From the human T2T-CHM13v2.0 reference genome, Homo sapiens: a stretch of 64,000 nucleotides of DNA. How positions within the stretch are numbered: the stretch's first letter is position 1; each line of letters begins with the position of its first letter. The DNA is taken from assembly GCF_009914755.1 (NCBI RefSeq), contig NC_060943.1. One strand, 5' to 3'. The translations under genes were made by a program, and so were the position numbers. Shown piece by piece: positions 36,097 through 53,458 of this stretch. Under the pieces are notes generated by a model that had not been told where the DNA came from, did not search any database, and saw only the letters and a program-made list of their open reading frames with translations.

Positions 36097-37761
36097 ATGG
36101 CCCCAGGCCAAGCACCCCATCAGGCTACCCCGTGGAGGGATGCCCACCCTTTCTTCCTCCTGTCCCCAGTGATGGGCCTCCTCAGCCGCGCCTGGAGCCG
36201 CCTGAGGGGCCTGGGACCTCTAGAGCCCTGGCTGGTGGAAGCAGTAAAAGGAGCAGCTCTGGTAGAAGCTGGCCTGGAGGGAGAAGCTAGGACTCCTCTG
36301 GCAATCCCCCATACCCCTTGGGGCAGACGCCCTGAAGAGGAGGCTGAAGACAGTGGAGGCCCTGGAGAGGACAGAGAAACACTGGGGCTGAAAACCAGCA
36401 GTTCCCTTCCTGAAGCCTGGGGACTTTTGGATGATGATGATGGCATGTATGGTGAGCGAGAGGCAACCAGTGTCCCTAGAGGGCAGGGAAGTCAATTTGC
36501 AGATGGCCAGCGTGCTCCCCTGTCTCCCAGCCTTCTGATAAGGACACTGCAAGGTTCTGATAAGAACCCAGGGGAGGAGAAAGCCGAGGAAGAGGGAGTT
36601 GCTGAAGAGGAGGGAGTTAACAAGTTCTCTTATCCACCATCACACCGGGAGTGTTGTCCAGCCGTGGAGGAGGAGGACGATGAAGAAGCTGTAAAGAAAG
36701 AAGCTCACAGAACCTCTACTTCTGCCTTGTCTCCAGGATCCAAGCCCAGCACTTGGGTGTCTTGCCCAGGGGAGGAAGAGAATCAAGCCACGGAGGATAA
36801 AAGAACAGAAAGAAGTAAAGGAGCCAGGAAGACCTCCGTGTCCCCCCGATCTTCAGGCTCCGACCCCAGGTCCTGGGAGTATCGTTCAGGAGAGGCGTCC
36901 GAGGAGAAGGAGGAAAAGGCACACGAAGAAACTGGGAAAGGAGAAGCTGCCCCAGGGCCGCAATCCTCAGCCCCAGCCCAGAGGCCCCAGCTCAAGTCCT
37001 GGTGGTGCCAACCCAGTGATGAAGAGGAGGGTGAGGTCAAGGCTTTGGGGGCAGCTGAGAAGGATGGAGAAGCTGAGTGTCCTCCCTGCATCCCCCCACC
37101 AAGTGCCTTCCTGAAGGCCTGGGTGTATTGGCCAGGAGAGGACACAGAGGAAGAGGAAGATGAGGAAGAAGATGAGGACAGTGACTCTGGATCAGATGAG
37201 GAAGAGGGAGAAGCTGAGGCTTCCTCTTCCACTCCTGCTACAGGTGTCTTCTTGAAGTCCTGGGTCTATCAGCCAGGAGAGGACACAGAGGAGGAGGAAG
37301 ATGAGGACAGTGATACAGGATCAGCCGAGGATGAAAGAGAAGCTGAGACTTCTGCTTCCACACCCCCTGCAAGTGCTTTCTTGAAGGCCTGGGTGTATCG
37401 GCCAGGAGAGGACACGGAGGAGGAGGAAGATGAGGATGTGGATAGTGAGGATAAGGAAGATGATTCAGAAGCAGCCTTGGGAGAAGCTGAGTCAGACCCA
37501 CATCCCTCCCACCCGGACCAGAGGGCCCACTTCAGGGGCTGGGGATATCGACCTGGAAAAGAGACAGAGGAAGAGGAAGCTGCTGAGGACTGGGGAGAAG
37601 CTGAGCCCTGCCCCTTCCGAGTGGCCATCTATGTACCTGGAGAGAAGCCACCGCCTCCCTGGGCTCCTCCTAGGCTGCCCCTCCGACTGCAAAGGCGGCT
37701 CAAGCGCCCAGAAACCCCTACTCATGATCCGGACCCTGAGACTCCCCTAAAGGCCAGAAAG
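36097..37761 (+). CDS. PPP1R15A: PPP1R15A/GADD34 exon 2 coding part (aa 1-555; N-terminal membrane-targeting region and PEST repeats)
   Basis: Acceptor tttccag at 36086-36087, ATG 36097 (MAPGQAPHQATPW), donor AAG|GTAGGT; FLKAWVY.PGEDTEEEED repeats. Confidence 0.98.
37102..37590 (+). repeat. GADD34 PEST repeat array (4 canonical units)
   Basis: Units start near 37102, 37243, 37372 and 37528; the first three share CCTGGGT.TAT..GCCAGGAGAGGACAC.GAGGA.GAGGAAG, the fourth is more diverged. Confidence 0.9.
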
Positions 37762-37786
37762 GTAGGTGCTGAGAGCCCAGATTCTA

Positions 37787-38115
<329 letters not shown>

Positions 38116-38476
38116 TAGAAAGAAAGGGGGCTGGGGGCCGAGACTTCTGGGTCCCTGTATGTTGCAGAGGGTTGCATGTCATCTCCATGGAGAAGGCTGT
38201 GTACGCTGTCACGCAATCCCTTGTAAGAGGCCAGGCCCCTGGGGGAGGAGGGAGCAGCTGTGGCTCACAGCAGCCCCAGGAAACCACCTCTTCCTTCAGT
38301 GAGTCAGATAGATAGAGAATCCCGTGACAGTGACAGGCAAGTGACTAGCCAGATAGAAAGCATTTTTGTGTAATAACTAATTTTTGTTTGCTTCTCTCTC
38401 TCTCTTCCCCGCCCTCCCCATCCGGATTCCCGTGGCTGTGTGCATCTCCTGCCTGTGTCCCCATGTCTGCCCGCAG

Positions 38477-38836
38477 GTGCGCTTCTCCGAGAAGGTCACT
38501 GTCCATTTCCTGGCTGTCTGGGCAGGGCCGGCCCAGGCCGCCCGCCAGGGCCCCTGGGAGCAGCTTGCTCGGGATCGCAGCCGCTTCGCACGCCGCATCA
38601 CCCAGGCCCAGGAGGAGCTGAGCCCCTGCCTCACCCCTGCTGCCCGGGCCAGAGCCTGGGCACGCCTCAGGAACCCACCTTTAGCCCCCATCCCTGCCCT
38701 CACCCAGACCTTGCCTTCCTCCTCTGTCCCTTCGTCCCCAGTCCAGACCACGCCCTTGAGCCAAGCTGTGGCCACACCTTCCCGCTCGTCTGCTGCTGCA
38801 GCGGCTGCCCTGGACCTCAGTGGGAGGCGTGGCTGA
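38477..38836 (+). CDS. PPP1R15A: PPP1R15A exon 3 coding part (VRFSEKV...LSGRRG*), PP1/eIF2-alpha binding ICP34.5-homology domain
   Basis: ccgcag acceptor; K|VRF RVxF motif spans the junction; RARA motif; total 674 aa. Confidence 0.98.
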
Positions 38837-38856
38837 GACCAACTGGTTTGCCTATA

Positions 38857-38906
38857 ATTTATTAACTATTTATTTTTTCTAAGTGTGGGTTTATATAAGG
38901 AATAAA
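38857..38906 (+). terminator. PPP1R15A: PPP1R15A 3' UTR AU-rich element and poly(A) signal
   Basis: ATTTA at 38857-38861 and 38868-38872; AATAAA at 38901-38906. Confidence 0.88.
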
Positions 38907-39084
38907 GCCTTTTGATTTGTAGCGAGCAGCGTCTGTATGTGTCAGAAACTGACAGCATTCTACTTACAGGTCCCTGAGGGAGCTGGGAAGAGAATAGCAT
39001 AAAACAAAGCACTTCAATGGCGGATAAACCGCTTTTCCTCAAATTTGCTACCACTCATCCTGAGGCTTCTTTTGAACCTAACAG

Positions 39085-40080
39085 TGCAGGGACCAGCCCC
39101 ACAGGGTCGGTGGGCTTCTCCCTGTGTGCGGCGACGAGAGAGTGTAGAAATAAAGATACAAGACAAAGAGATAAAAGAAAAGACAGCTGGGCCCGGGGGA
39201 TTACTACCACCAATGCGCGGAGACCAGTAGTGGCCCCGAATGTCTGGCTGCGCTGATATTTACTGGATACAAAGCAAAAGGGGCAGGGTAAGGAGTGTGA
39301 GTCATCTCCAATGATTGATAAGGTCACACGAGTCACGTTTCCACCGGACAGGGGGCCCCTCCCTGTTTGGCAGCCCAGGTGGAGAGAGAGAGGAGACAGC
39401 TTATGCCATTATTTCTGCATTTCAGAGACTTTTAGTACTTTTACTGATTTTGCTACTGCTATCTAGAGGGCAGAGCCAGGTGCACAGAGTGGAACAGGAA
39501 AGTGAAACAGGAGCGTGACCGCTGAAGCACAGCATCACAGGGAGCCGGTTAGGCCTCCGGATAACTGTGGGCCAGCTTGACTAATGTCAGGCCCTCCACA
39601 AGAGGTAGAGGAGCAGAGTCTTCTCTAAACTCCCGCAGGGAAAGGGAGACTCCCTTTCCTGGTCCGCTAAGTAGCGGGTGTTTTTCCTTGACACTGAGGC
39701 TACCGCTAGACCATGGTCCACTTGGCAACGGGCGTCTTCCCAGATGCTGGCGTTACCGCTAGACCAAGGAGCCCTTCTGCTGGCCCTGTCCGGGCATAAC
39801 AGAAGCCTCGCACTCTTGTCTTGTGGTCACTTCTCACTATGTCTCCTCAGCTCCTATCTCTGTATGGCCTGGTTTTTCCTAGGTTATGATTATAGAGCGA
39901 GGATTATTATAATATTGGGATAAAGAGTAATTGCTACAAACTAATGATTAATGATATTCATATATAATCATATCTAAGATCTATATCTGGTATAATTATT
40001 CTTGTTTTATATTTTATTATACTGGAACAGCTCATGTCCTCGGTCTCTTGCCTCGGCACCTGGGTGTCTTGCCGCCCACA
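39085..40080 (-). mobile_element. LTR13 (ERVK-class) solo LTR
   Basis: TG...CA termini, minus start TGTGGGCGGCAAG, 996 bp, 6-bp TSD TAACAG (39079-39084, 40081-40086). Confidence 0.85.
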
Positions 40081-40102
40081 TAACAGCTGGTGGGTTTTAT
40101 AG

Positions 40103-40339
<237 letters not shown>

Positions 40340-40386
40340 TGATCCACCTGCCTTGGCCTCCCAAAATGCTGAGATAACAGGCGTGA

Positions 40387-40611
<225 letters not shown>

Positions 40612-40889
40612 TGATCAGGCTGGTCTCGAACTCCTGACCTCATGATCCACCCGCCTTGGCCTCCCAAAGTGCTGGGATTACAGGCGTGAGCCACCGCACC
40701 CAGACCCGGCCTGTAGTTTTTCTTTGACATCTGCCTAAATTGTATTAAACTTGGGACAATTATCACCACCCCCCCAAGGGAGCTGGAGAATTGAGTCACG
40801 GATCCCTAAAAGGAGGCAGAATTGTCTGTGCCTTGCTGGACCATTAAGGCTCAATCTCTACAGGCCTTTACATTCTCCTCCGTTGCTTT

Positions 40890-41780
<891 letters not shown>

Positions 41781-42425
41781 GCCTGATTTTACATTTATAA
41801 GCCCTGTGTCCATAGGCCTAGTTTCCTTATCTGTAAGCTGACTAACAATTGTACATATCTTATGGGATTGTAAGGCCCCAAAGGAGTTAAAACAATGCTC
41901 ATGAAATAAATGCTATAATACGGTAATTATTCTATATACCGTTATTCTTTTTTTTTTTTTTTTTTTTTTCCTGATACGGAGTCTCACTCTGCTGCCCAGG
42001 CTGGGGTGCAGTGGTGGGCTCTCGGCTCACTGCAACCTCCACTTCCCAGGTTAAAACAATTCTCCTGGATCAGCCTCCCAAGAAGCTGGGACTACAGGTG
42101 TGCGCCACCACTTCCAGCTAATTTTTTTTTTTTTTATGGAGTTTCACTCTTGTTACACAGGCTGGAGTGCAATGGCACGATCTCAGCACACCAGCAACCT
42201 CCGCCTCCTGGGTTCAAGCGATTCTCCTGCCTCAGCCTCCTGAGCAGTTGGGATTACAGGCGTGAGCCATCACGCCCAGCTAAGTTTTGTATTTTTAGTA
42301 GAGAAGGAGTTTCACCATGTTGGTGGTCAGGAGTTTGAGACTCCTGACCTCATGATCCGCCCACCTCAGTCTCCCAAAATGCTGGGATTATGGGCATGAG
42401 CCACTATGCCCACCTCTACCTCTAA

Positions 42426-42653
<228 letters not shown>

Positions 42654-43846
42654 TAATGGCCTTTCATTAGCTTTACAAAAGCAGCTTAGTTAAACTAGAA
42701 ATCCTAGCACTTTGGGTGGCCGAGGTAGATGGATCACTTGAGGTCAGGTTTTTGTTTGTTTGTTTGTTTTGTTTGTTTATTTTGAGGCAGAGTCTTGCTC
42801 TGTCGCCCAGGCTGGAGTGCAATGGCAGGATCTTGGCTCCCTGCAACCTCCGCCTCCCGAGTTCAAGTGATTCTCCTGCCTCAGTCTCCTGAATAGTTGG
42901 GATTATAGGGGCCCGCCACCACACAGGGCTAATTTTTGTATTTTTAGTAGAGACGGGGTTTCACCTTGTTGGTCAGGCTGATCTCTAACTCGAGGTCAGG
43001 AGTTTGAGACCCCCACTCCTGCCATATAATCCTTTCATTTCCCCAAGGCAACCAAGCCTAATTCCACCTAATTAAAAACCTTTGTATGAGTGCTACCTGC
43101 TGCCTGAGGATCCCAACCCTGAGGCCTCTTGCTCAGCTAGTTGCTCCTGATTCTTCAGATGTAGTGTGAAAATTCCTTTTTTTGGTGGGGGGATAGAGTC
43201 GCATTCTGTTGCCCAGGCTGGAGTGCAGTGGCACGATCGGGTCACTGCAACCTCCGCTTCCCAGATTCAAGCAATTCTCGTGCCTCGGCCACCGGAGTAG
43301 CTGGGATTACAGGCATGCGCCACCATGCCCAGCTAATTTTTGTATTTTTAGTAGAGACGGGGTTTGCCATATCGGCGAGGCTGGTCTCGAACTCCTGACC
43401 TCAAGTGATCCTTCCGCCTCGACCTCCTAAAGTGTTGGGATTCCAGGTGTGAGCCACCGCGCCCGGCATTTTTTTTTTTTTTTTTTTTTTGAGACAGAGT
43501 CTAGCTGGAGTGAAGTGGAGCTATCTCAGCTCACTGCAGCCTCCGCCTCCCAGATTCAAGTGTTTCTTCTGCCTCAGTCTCCTGAATAGCTGGGATTACA
43601 GGTGCCTGCCACCACGCCCAGCTAATTTTTGTACTTTTAGTAGAGACGGGGTTTCACATGTTGGCCAGGCTGGTCTCGATCTCCTGACTTCAGGTGATGC
43701 ACCAGCTTCAGCCTGCCAAAGTGTTGGGATTACAGGCGTGAGCCACCTTGCCCGGTCAGTGTTGGTTATTAAGGTGGTGCAAAAGAAGGCATGTCGGGGC
43801 CCTTCCTCCAAATGAGGAGGCACAGAAGCTGGCAAGGGTATGGTAT

Positions 43847-43852
43847 TTTATT
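43847..43852 (-). terminator. TULP2: TULP2 poly(A) signal
   Basis: AATAAA about 22 nt after the stop codon; very short 3' UTR. Confidence 0.8.
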
Positions 43853-43873
43853 GAGTTATTCAACAGCCAGCTT

Positions 43874-43989
43874 CTAATTGAAACTGGACAAGCAGATGCT
43901 GAAGGCCTGGAGCGGGCTAAATGGAAAGCAGAAGTCCATGGTGAATGTGTCTGGGCCCACTCGGCCGAACTGGAGCACCAGATGTTCTT
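43874..43989 (-). CDS. TULP2: TULP2 exon 13 coding part (EHLVLQFGRV...SSFN*)
   Basis: cttctcag acceptor, TAG at 43874-43876. Confidence 0.95.
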
Positions 43990-44019
43990 CTGAGAAGTGA
44001 ATCAGGAACAAAGCCTTAG

Positions 44020-44388
<369 letters not shown>

Positions 44389-44894
44389 TGACCACCACTA
44401 CACCCAGCTAATTTTTTCTGTGTTTTTAGTAGAGACGGGGTTTCACCGTGTTAGTCAGGATGGTCTCAATCTCCTGACCTCGTATCCGCCCGCCTCGGCC
44501 TCCCAAAGTGCTGGGATTACAGGTGTGAGCCACAGTGCCCGGCCTAATTTTTGTATTTTTAGTAGAGACAGGGTTTCACCATGTTGGCCAGGCTGTTCTT
44601 GAACTCCTGACCTCAGATGATCCACCCACCTCGGTCTCCCAAAGTGCTAGGATTATAAGCGGGAGCTACCGCGCCAGGCCGAGAATGGAGACTTTTAAGA
44701 GGCTGAGCGGTGCCCTTACTAAGCCAGAAACCCTGAGGGTGTGTAAACTACAATTCCCAATAGGCTTTGCAATAGGGTGGCATCTGCCCTGCCTAGAAAA
44801 ACGCTCAAGTGATGATGGGAGATGTAGTTCCCTTCCGTTCACACCCTAACCCCCACCCCACCTGGCCCGGCTAAACTGGTTTCCAGGAGCTCAC

Positions 44895-45066
44895 GGTGTT
44901 TGGGATCCACGATTTGGAAGTTCTTCACCGAAGCCCGAGTGACTCGACCATGGAAATTGAGCGTGTAGACACCGTTCTCCTTGTCCCACGACGGGGTTTT
45001 GTTGTGCAACAAAAGCAACCCTTGTTTGTCCCCACGTTGGTAACGACTCAGTAGCGACTCCTGTTC
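44895..45066 (-). CDS. TULP2: TULP2 exon 12 (EQESLLSRY...VDPKH)
   Basis: ccttctag acceptor, GTGAGC donor, 172 nt. Confidence 0.95.
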
Positions 45067-45095
45067 CTAGAAGGTAAAGAAGGGGCTGTGGTTTT

Positions 45096-46387
<1,292 letters not shown>

Positions 46388-46616
46388 GTTTGTTAACCTA
46401 CCATCAAACCTTTTTTCTCCAGATGCAAATGTTTTGAGTCTCTAGTCTTTTACTCCCTGAGACATGGAAGGCTAACAAAGTCCTTCAGGCTTCATGTGAC
46501 ACCTGCAACCCACTGGCCTCCTCTTCCTCCTCTTCTTCTTCCTCCTCTGGGATCTAGGAGGACCGGCCCCAGCCCCTTCTCCATTGACCCAGAGATTCCT
46601 GATGTCAGGGACTCAC

Positions 46617-46715
46617 ATTTAGTGGCTGGACATTGATTCGCTGGTTCTGGCTGTTGGTTCCTGGGAGAATCACAGTCATTTTCCGAGGCCCCAGGTATCC
46701 TAAGACGTTGGGCTC
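46617..46715 (-). CDS. TULP2: TULP2 exon 11 (EPNVLGYLGPRKM...QPLN)
   Basis: ccccag acceptor, GTGAGT donor, 99 nt. Confidence 0.95.
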
Positions 46716-46794
46716 CTGGGGGTATTACATTCCAGTTGGCCTGGTTCCTTCTTCTGACTATCCTACCCCATTCTCTCATCCCCAGGACACTCAC

Positions 46795-46909
46795 ATAACA
46801 CACAGCCCCCAGCTCCTGTCTGATCCGGGCAGTATTCCTGGTTAAATGCTCCCGGTCAGGATTCACCCCATTGTCAAAGATGGTGAACTTGGTGCTGAAG
46901 ACATTGGAT
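46795..46909 (-). CDS. TULP2: TULP2 exon 10 (SNVFSTKFTIFDNG...AVCY)
   Basis: gagcag acceptor, GTGAGT donor, 115 nt. Confidence 0.95.
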
Positions 46910-47308
46910 CTGCTCCAGGAAGGGAATGGATAGAATAAAAATACTAAGTGTTACTCTTTGAGTAAGTGTCACTCATCGCATCGACTCTTCCCATCAATCC
47001 CCTATGTCTAAGACTATGTCCGAATGTCTAAGAATCATGTTCCTGGCTGGGCACAGGGGCTCACACCTGTAATCCCAGCACTTCAGGAGGCAGAGGCAGG
47101 AGGATAGCTTGAGCCTGGGCAAAATGGCAAAACTCCTTCTCTACAAAAAATAGAAAAATTAGTTGGGCGTGGCAGTTTGTGTCTATGGTCCCAGCTCTCA
47201 AGAGGCTGAGGTGGGAGGATCACCTGAGCCCCAGAGGTCAAGCCTCCAATGAGCCGTGATCTTGCCACTGCACTCCAGCCTGGGTGACAGAATGAAACCC
47301 TGTCTCTA

Positions 47309-47650
<342 letters not shown>

Positions 47651-47662
47651 TTAAATAAATGA

Positions 47663-48121
<459 letters not shown>

Positions 48122-48310
48122 TAGGAATCCCAGTCCCTTGCCTGTCAAGGAGTCAAATGCCTTAAATGCCAGCCTACGTTCCAAACCCTTCAGTTCTTCT
48201 GGTCCCTGAGCAGGTGGAAGGTATGCTCTGTGGCCTGCTGGGAAATGGAGTCCCCCTGTCCCTAAGCTCCCTGCTACCTGCTCCTCACCACATGTCAGAG
48301 CTCTACCCAC

Positions 48311-48903
<593 letters not shown>

Positions 48904-50170
48904 TCATGCCTGTAATCCCAGCACTTTGGGAGGCCCAGGCGGGCAGATCACGAGGTAAGGAGATTGAGACCATCCTGGCTAACACGGTGAAACCCCGTCT
49001 CTACTAAAAATACAAAAAATTAGCCAGGCGTGGTGGCGGGCGCCTGTAGTCCCAGCTACTCAGAAGGCTGAGACAGGAGAATAGCGTGAACCTGGGAGGC
49101 GGAGCTTGCAGTGAGCCGAGATCGCGCCACTGCACTGGGCGACAGAGCAAGACTACGTCTCAAAAAAAAAAAAAAAAGACTTACTGGGAAATGTGGTTCT
49201 CACTGAGGGAAGCCATCAGCTGGGTCCTGAATGGAAGCTTCCTATCTTAATATCTCCTCCTCATTCCTTCTGCCTATGGGTCCAGAGTTGAAGCTTAGCC
49301 CAGGAAGGGTCTGGCTTTGGAGAATGGGGAGCACCCTCACTTGCAATATTGCAGCAGGACTTTGGTAGGCGTTTCACCAAGAAAAATGGGTTTGGTTGGC
49401 TCTGAGTAGGGCAAAAAACCTCTTTCTAGGGGGAGAGAGGATACCCCGAGGAGAGGAGACCATACTTGCAGGGTAAAGGCCAGAAAGACTAGATTGAGAG
49501 AAGTGGGGCTTGGATCTGGAAAGACAAACCAGGGGAGGGACCTGGTTGCTGGGGGCAGGATTTATCTCAGGATTGAGTGAGGCCTGATAGCTTATAGCAA
49601 GAAAGGCTCAGTGAGGGAGGGTCCAGACTATTTTTTTTTTTTTGACACAAGATCTCCACCTCCTGGACTCAAGCCATTTTCCCTCAGCCTCAGCCTCCCA
49701 AGTAGCTGGGACTACAGGTGGGCACCACCAGGCCTGGCTAATTTTTTTTTTTTTTTTGTAGAGACAGGGTTCCACCTTGCTGCCCAAGCTGATCTGGAAC
49801 TTGTCAGCTCAAATGATCCACCTGCCTTGGCCTCCAAAATGCTGAGATTACAAGCGTGAACCACCGTGCCCGGCCTTTTTTTTTTTTTTTTGAGATGGAG
49901 TTTCGCTCTTTCACCCAGGCTGGAGTGCAGTGGTGTGAGATCTCAGCTCATTGCAACCTCCGCCTTCGAGTTTCAAGCATTCTCCTGCCTCAGCCTCCTG
50001 AGTAGCTGGGATTACAGGCGCCCACAACCACGCCTGGCTAACTTTTGTATTTTTTAGTAGAGACGATGTTTCGCCTTGTTGGCCAGGCTGGTCTCGAACT
50101 CCTGACCTTGTGATCTGCACGCCTCGGCCTCCCAAAGTGCTAGGATTACAAGTGTGAGCCACCGCGCCCA

Positions 50171-50210
<40 letters not shown>

Positions 50211-50275
50211 CAGAGTCTAACTCTGTCGCCCAGGCTGGAGTGCAGTAGCGTGATCACATCTCACTGCAGCCTTGA

Positions 50276-50545
<270 letters not shown>

Positions 50546-50813
50546 TGAGTAGCTGGGACTACAGGCGCCTGCCACCACTCCCGGCTAATTTTTGTATTTT
50601 TAGTGGAGACGGGGTTTCACCATATTGGTCAGGCTGGTCTTGAACTCCGGACCTCAGGTGATCCACCCGCTTCAGCCTCCCAAAGTGCTGGGATTATAGG
50701 CGTGAGCCACTGTGCCCAGCCCCAGGCTGGTCTTGACCTAGCTCAGAAAGGAGTGGGATTTTGCCTGGGAGGTGGGGGCTTACTCCCAAAGCTGTTGGGC
50801 TGGCTTACTGCAC

Positions 50814-51125
50814 CTGCAGGCTGTCAGAGGTCTCCAGGTAGAGGTAGTAGAGGGGGAACAAGCCCTTGTCCACGCCGTGCTTGTCACGGGTGAGGTAGCA
50901 CTGCATCATGGTGCCCGGGAGCGCTGGCCGCAGCACGTAGGCTTCCATGTCCTCCTCCAGCCCAGGGCAGGGGGAGCGGATTGCCAAGGAGGCTTCGTGC
51001 CTCATATGGTCGCTGTCCGTGCCACCCTCGCCTTTCAGGGCCTTGGACAACTCTTCGTTGTGTGCTGCTGAGGAGTTCGTCCCTGTAGACTCAGAGGCCT
51101 CTCTCTTCTTTTCCAAGTCTTCTTC
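50814..51125 (-). CDS. TULP2: TULP2 exon 8 (EEDLEKKRE...SDSLQ), start of tubby domain
   Basis: ggctag acceptor, GTGCAG donor, 312 nt. Confidence 0.93.
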
Positions 51126-51393
51126 CTAGCCCAGGCACCAAATTTAAAGTCGAGGGACAACCACCGGCCCAGCCTTGCTTACTACTGATTGACCATCCCA
51201 GCCCTAGGGTCCCGCCCTTGCCCATCCACATTTTCTGCTTATTGGTCAAAAATCTCATTCAGTCCACCCAGTCACGCCCTCCTCTGTTGACTGGCCAGTC
51301 TATTCGCTTTCCTCTGCAGCCACACGCATTCCACCTGCTGATTGGAAAATTCCTTTCTGAAAGCAAGGCCCATTCCGTTAAAATGGCTGTTAG

Positions 51394-51822
<429 letters not shown>

Positions 51823-51945
51823 TGAAGCTCGCTGTCTTTCCATGGCTGCACCTATTTTTTTTTTTTTTTGGACAGTCTCACTCTGTCTCCCGGGCTGGAG
51901 TGCAATCTCAGCTCACTGCAACCTCCGCCTCCCAGGTTCAAGTGA

Positions 51946-52179
<234 letters not shown>

Positions 52180-52369
52180 TGATTTGATGAATGGTACACA
52201 CACACACATGCACGCACGCACGCACGCACACACACAAGTCTCTGCCAGCTTAATCACCACCAGGAAAAAGAGCTTCTGATTGGGTGGCAGAATTTTAGCC
52301 CCACCCTCACCAGAGGTCCGAGGCTAGCCCTCTTCTTCCAATATCCTGAGTGATTGTGCATTTTCCTAC

Positions 52370-52491
52370 CTTTTGGAAGGCCAAGTTTTCATATACACAG
52401 TCACCATCCATTCCAGGGTTTGGTCCCATATTGGGTGACTTGTGTGCATCTCCCATATCCTGGGAGTCACTCTCACCCTCTGCACGGGTCC
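52370..52491 (-). CDS. TULP2: TULP2 exon 7 (TRAEGESDSQDM...LAFQK)
   Basis: Acceptor ttttccccacattag (LTR-derived tract), GTAGGA donor, 122 nt in frame with exons 6 and 8. Confidence 0.92.
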
Positions 52492-52495
52492 CTAA

Positions 52496-53458
52496 TGTGG
52501 GGAAAAGCAAGAGAGATCAGATTGTTACTGTGTCTGTGTAGAAAGAAGTAGACATAGGAGACTCCATTTTGTTCTGTACTAAGACAAATTCTTCTGCCTT
52601 GGGATGCTGTTAATCTATAACCTTACCCCCAACCCCGTGCTCTCTGAAACATGTGCTGTGTCCACTCAGGGTTAAATGGATTAAGGGCGGTGCAAGATGT
52701 GCTTTGTTAAACAGATGCTTGAAGGCAGCATGCTCCTAAAGAGTCATCACCACTCCCTAATCTCAAGTACCCAGGGACACAAACACCGCGGAAGGGCGCA
52801 GGGACCTCTGCCTAGGAAAGCCAGGTATTGTCCAAGATTTCTCCCCATGTGATAGTCTGAAATATGGCCTCGTGGGAAGGGAAAGACCTGACCGTCCCCC
52901 AGCCCGACACCCGTAAAGGGTCTGTGCTGAGGAGGATTAGTATAAGAGGAAGGCATGCCTCTTGCAGTTGAGACAAGAGGAAGGCATCTGTCTCCTGCCC
53001 GTCCCTGGGCAATGGAATGTCTCGGTATAAAACCCGATTGTACGTTCCATCTACTGAGATAGGGAAAAACCGCCTTCGGGCTGGAGGTGGGACATGCGGG
53101 CAGCAATACTGCTTTGTAAAGCATTGAGATGTTTATGTGTATGCATATCTAAAAGCACAGCACTTGATTCTTTACCTTGTCTATGATGCAAAGACCTTTG
53201 TTCACGTGTTTGTCTGCTGACCCTCTCCCCACTATTGTCTTGTGACCCTGACACATCCCCCTCTCGGAGAAACACCCACAAATGATCAATAAATACTAAG
53301 GGAACTCAGAGGCTGGCGGGATCCTCCATATGCTGAACGCTGGTTCCCTGGGTCCCCTTATTTCTTTCTCTATACTTTGTCTCTGTGTCTTTTTCTTTTC
53401 CAAGTCTCTCGTTCCACCTAACGAACCCACAGGTGTGGAGGGGCAACCCACCCCTTCA
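52496..53458 (+). mobile_element. HERV-K(HML-2) solo LTR (LTR5_Hs-like, 963 bp)
   Basis: TGTGGGGAAAAGCAAGAGAGATCAG...CCACCCCTTCA, TATAAAA, AATAAA; 5-bp TSD CCTAA (52491-52495, 53459-53463). Confidence 0.96.

Noticed and set aside
36783-37628. Ser-rich minus-strand ORFs
   Set aside because: Mirror of the GAG/GAA acidic codons of PPP1R15A.
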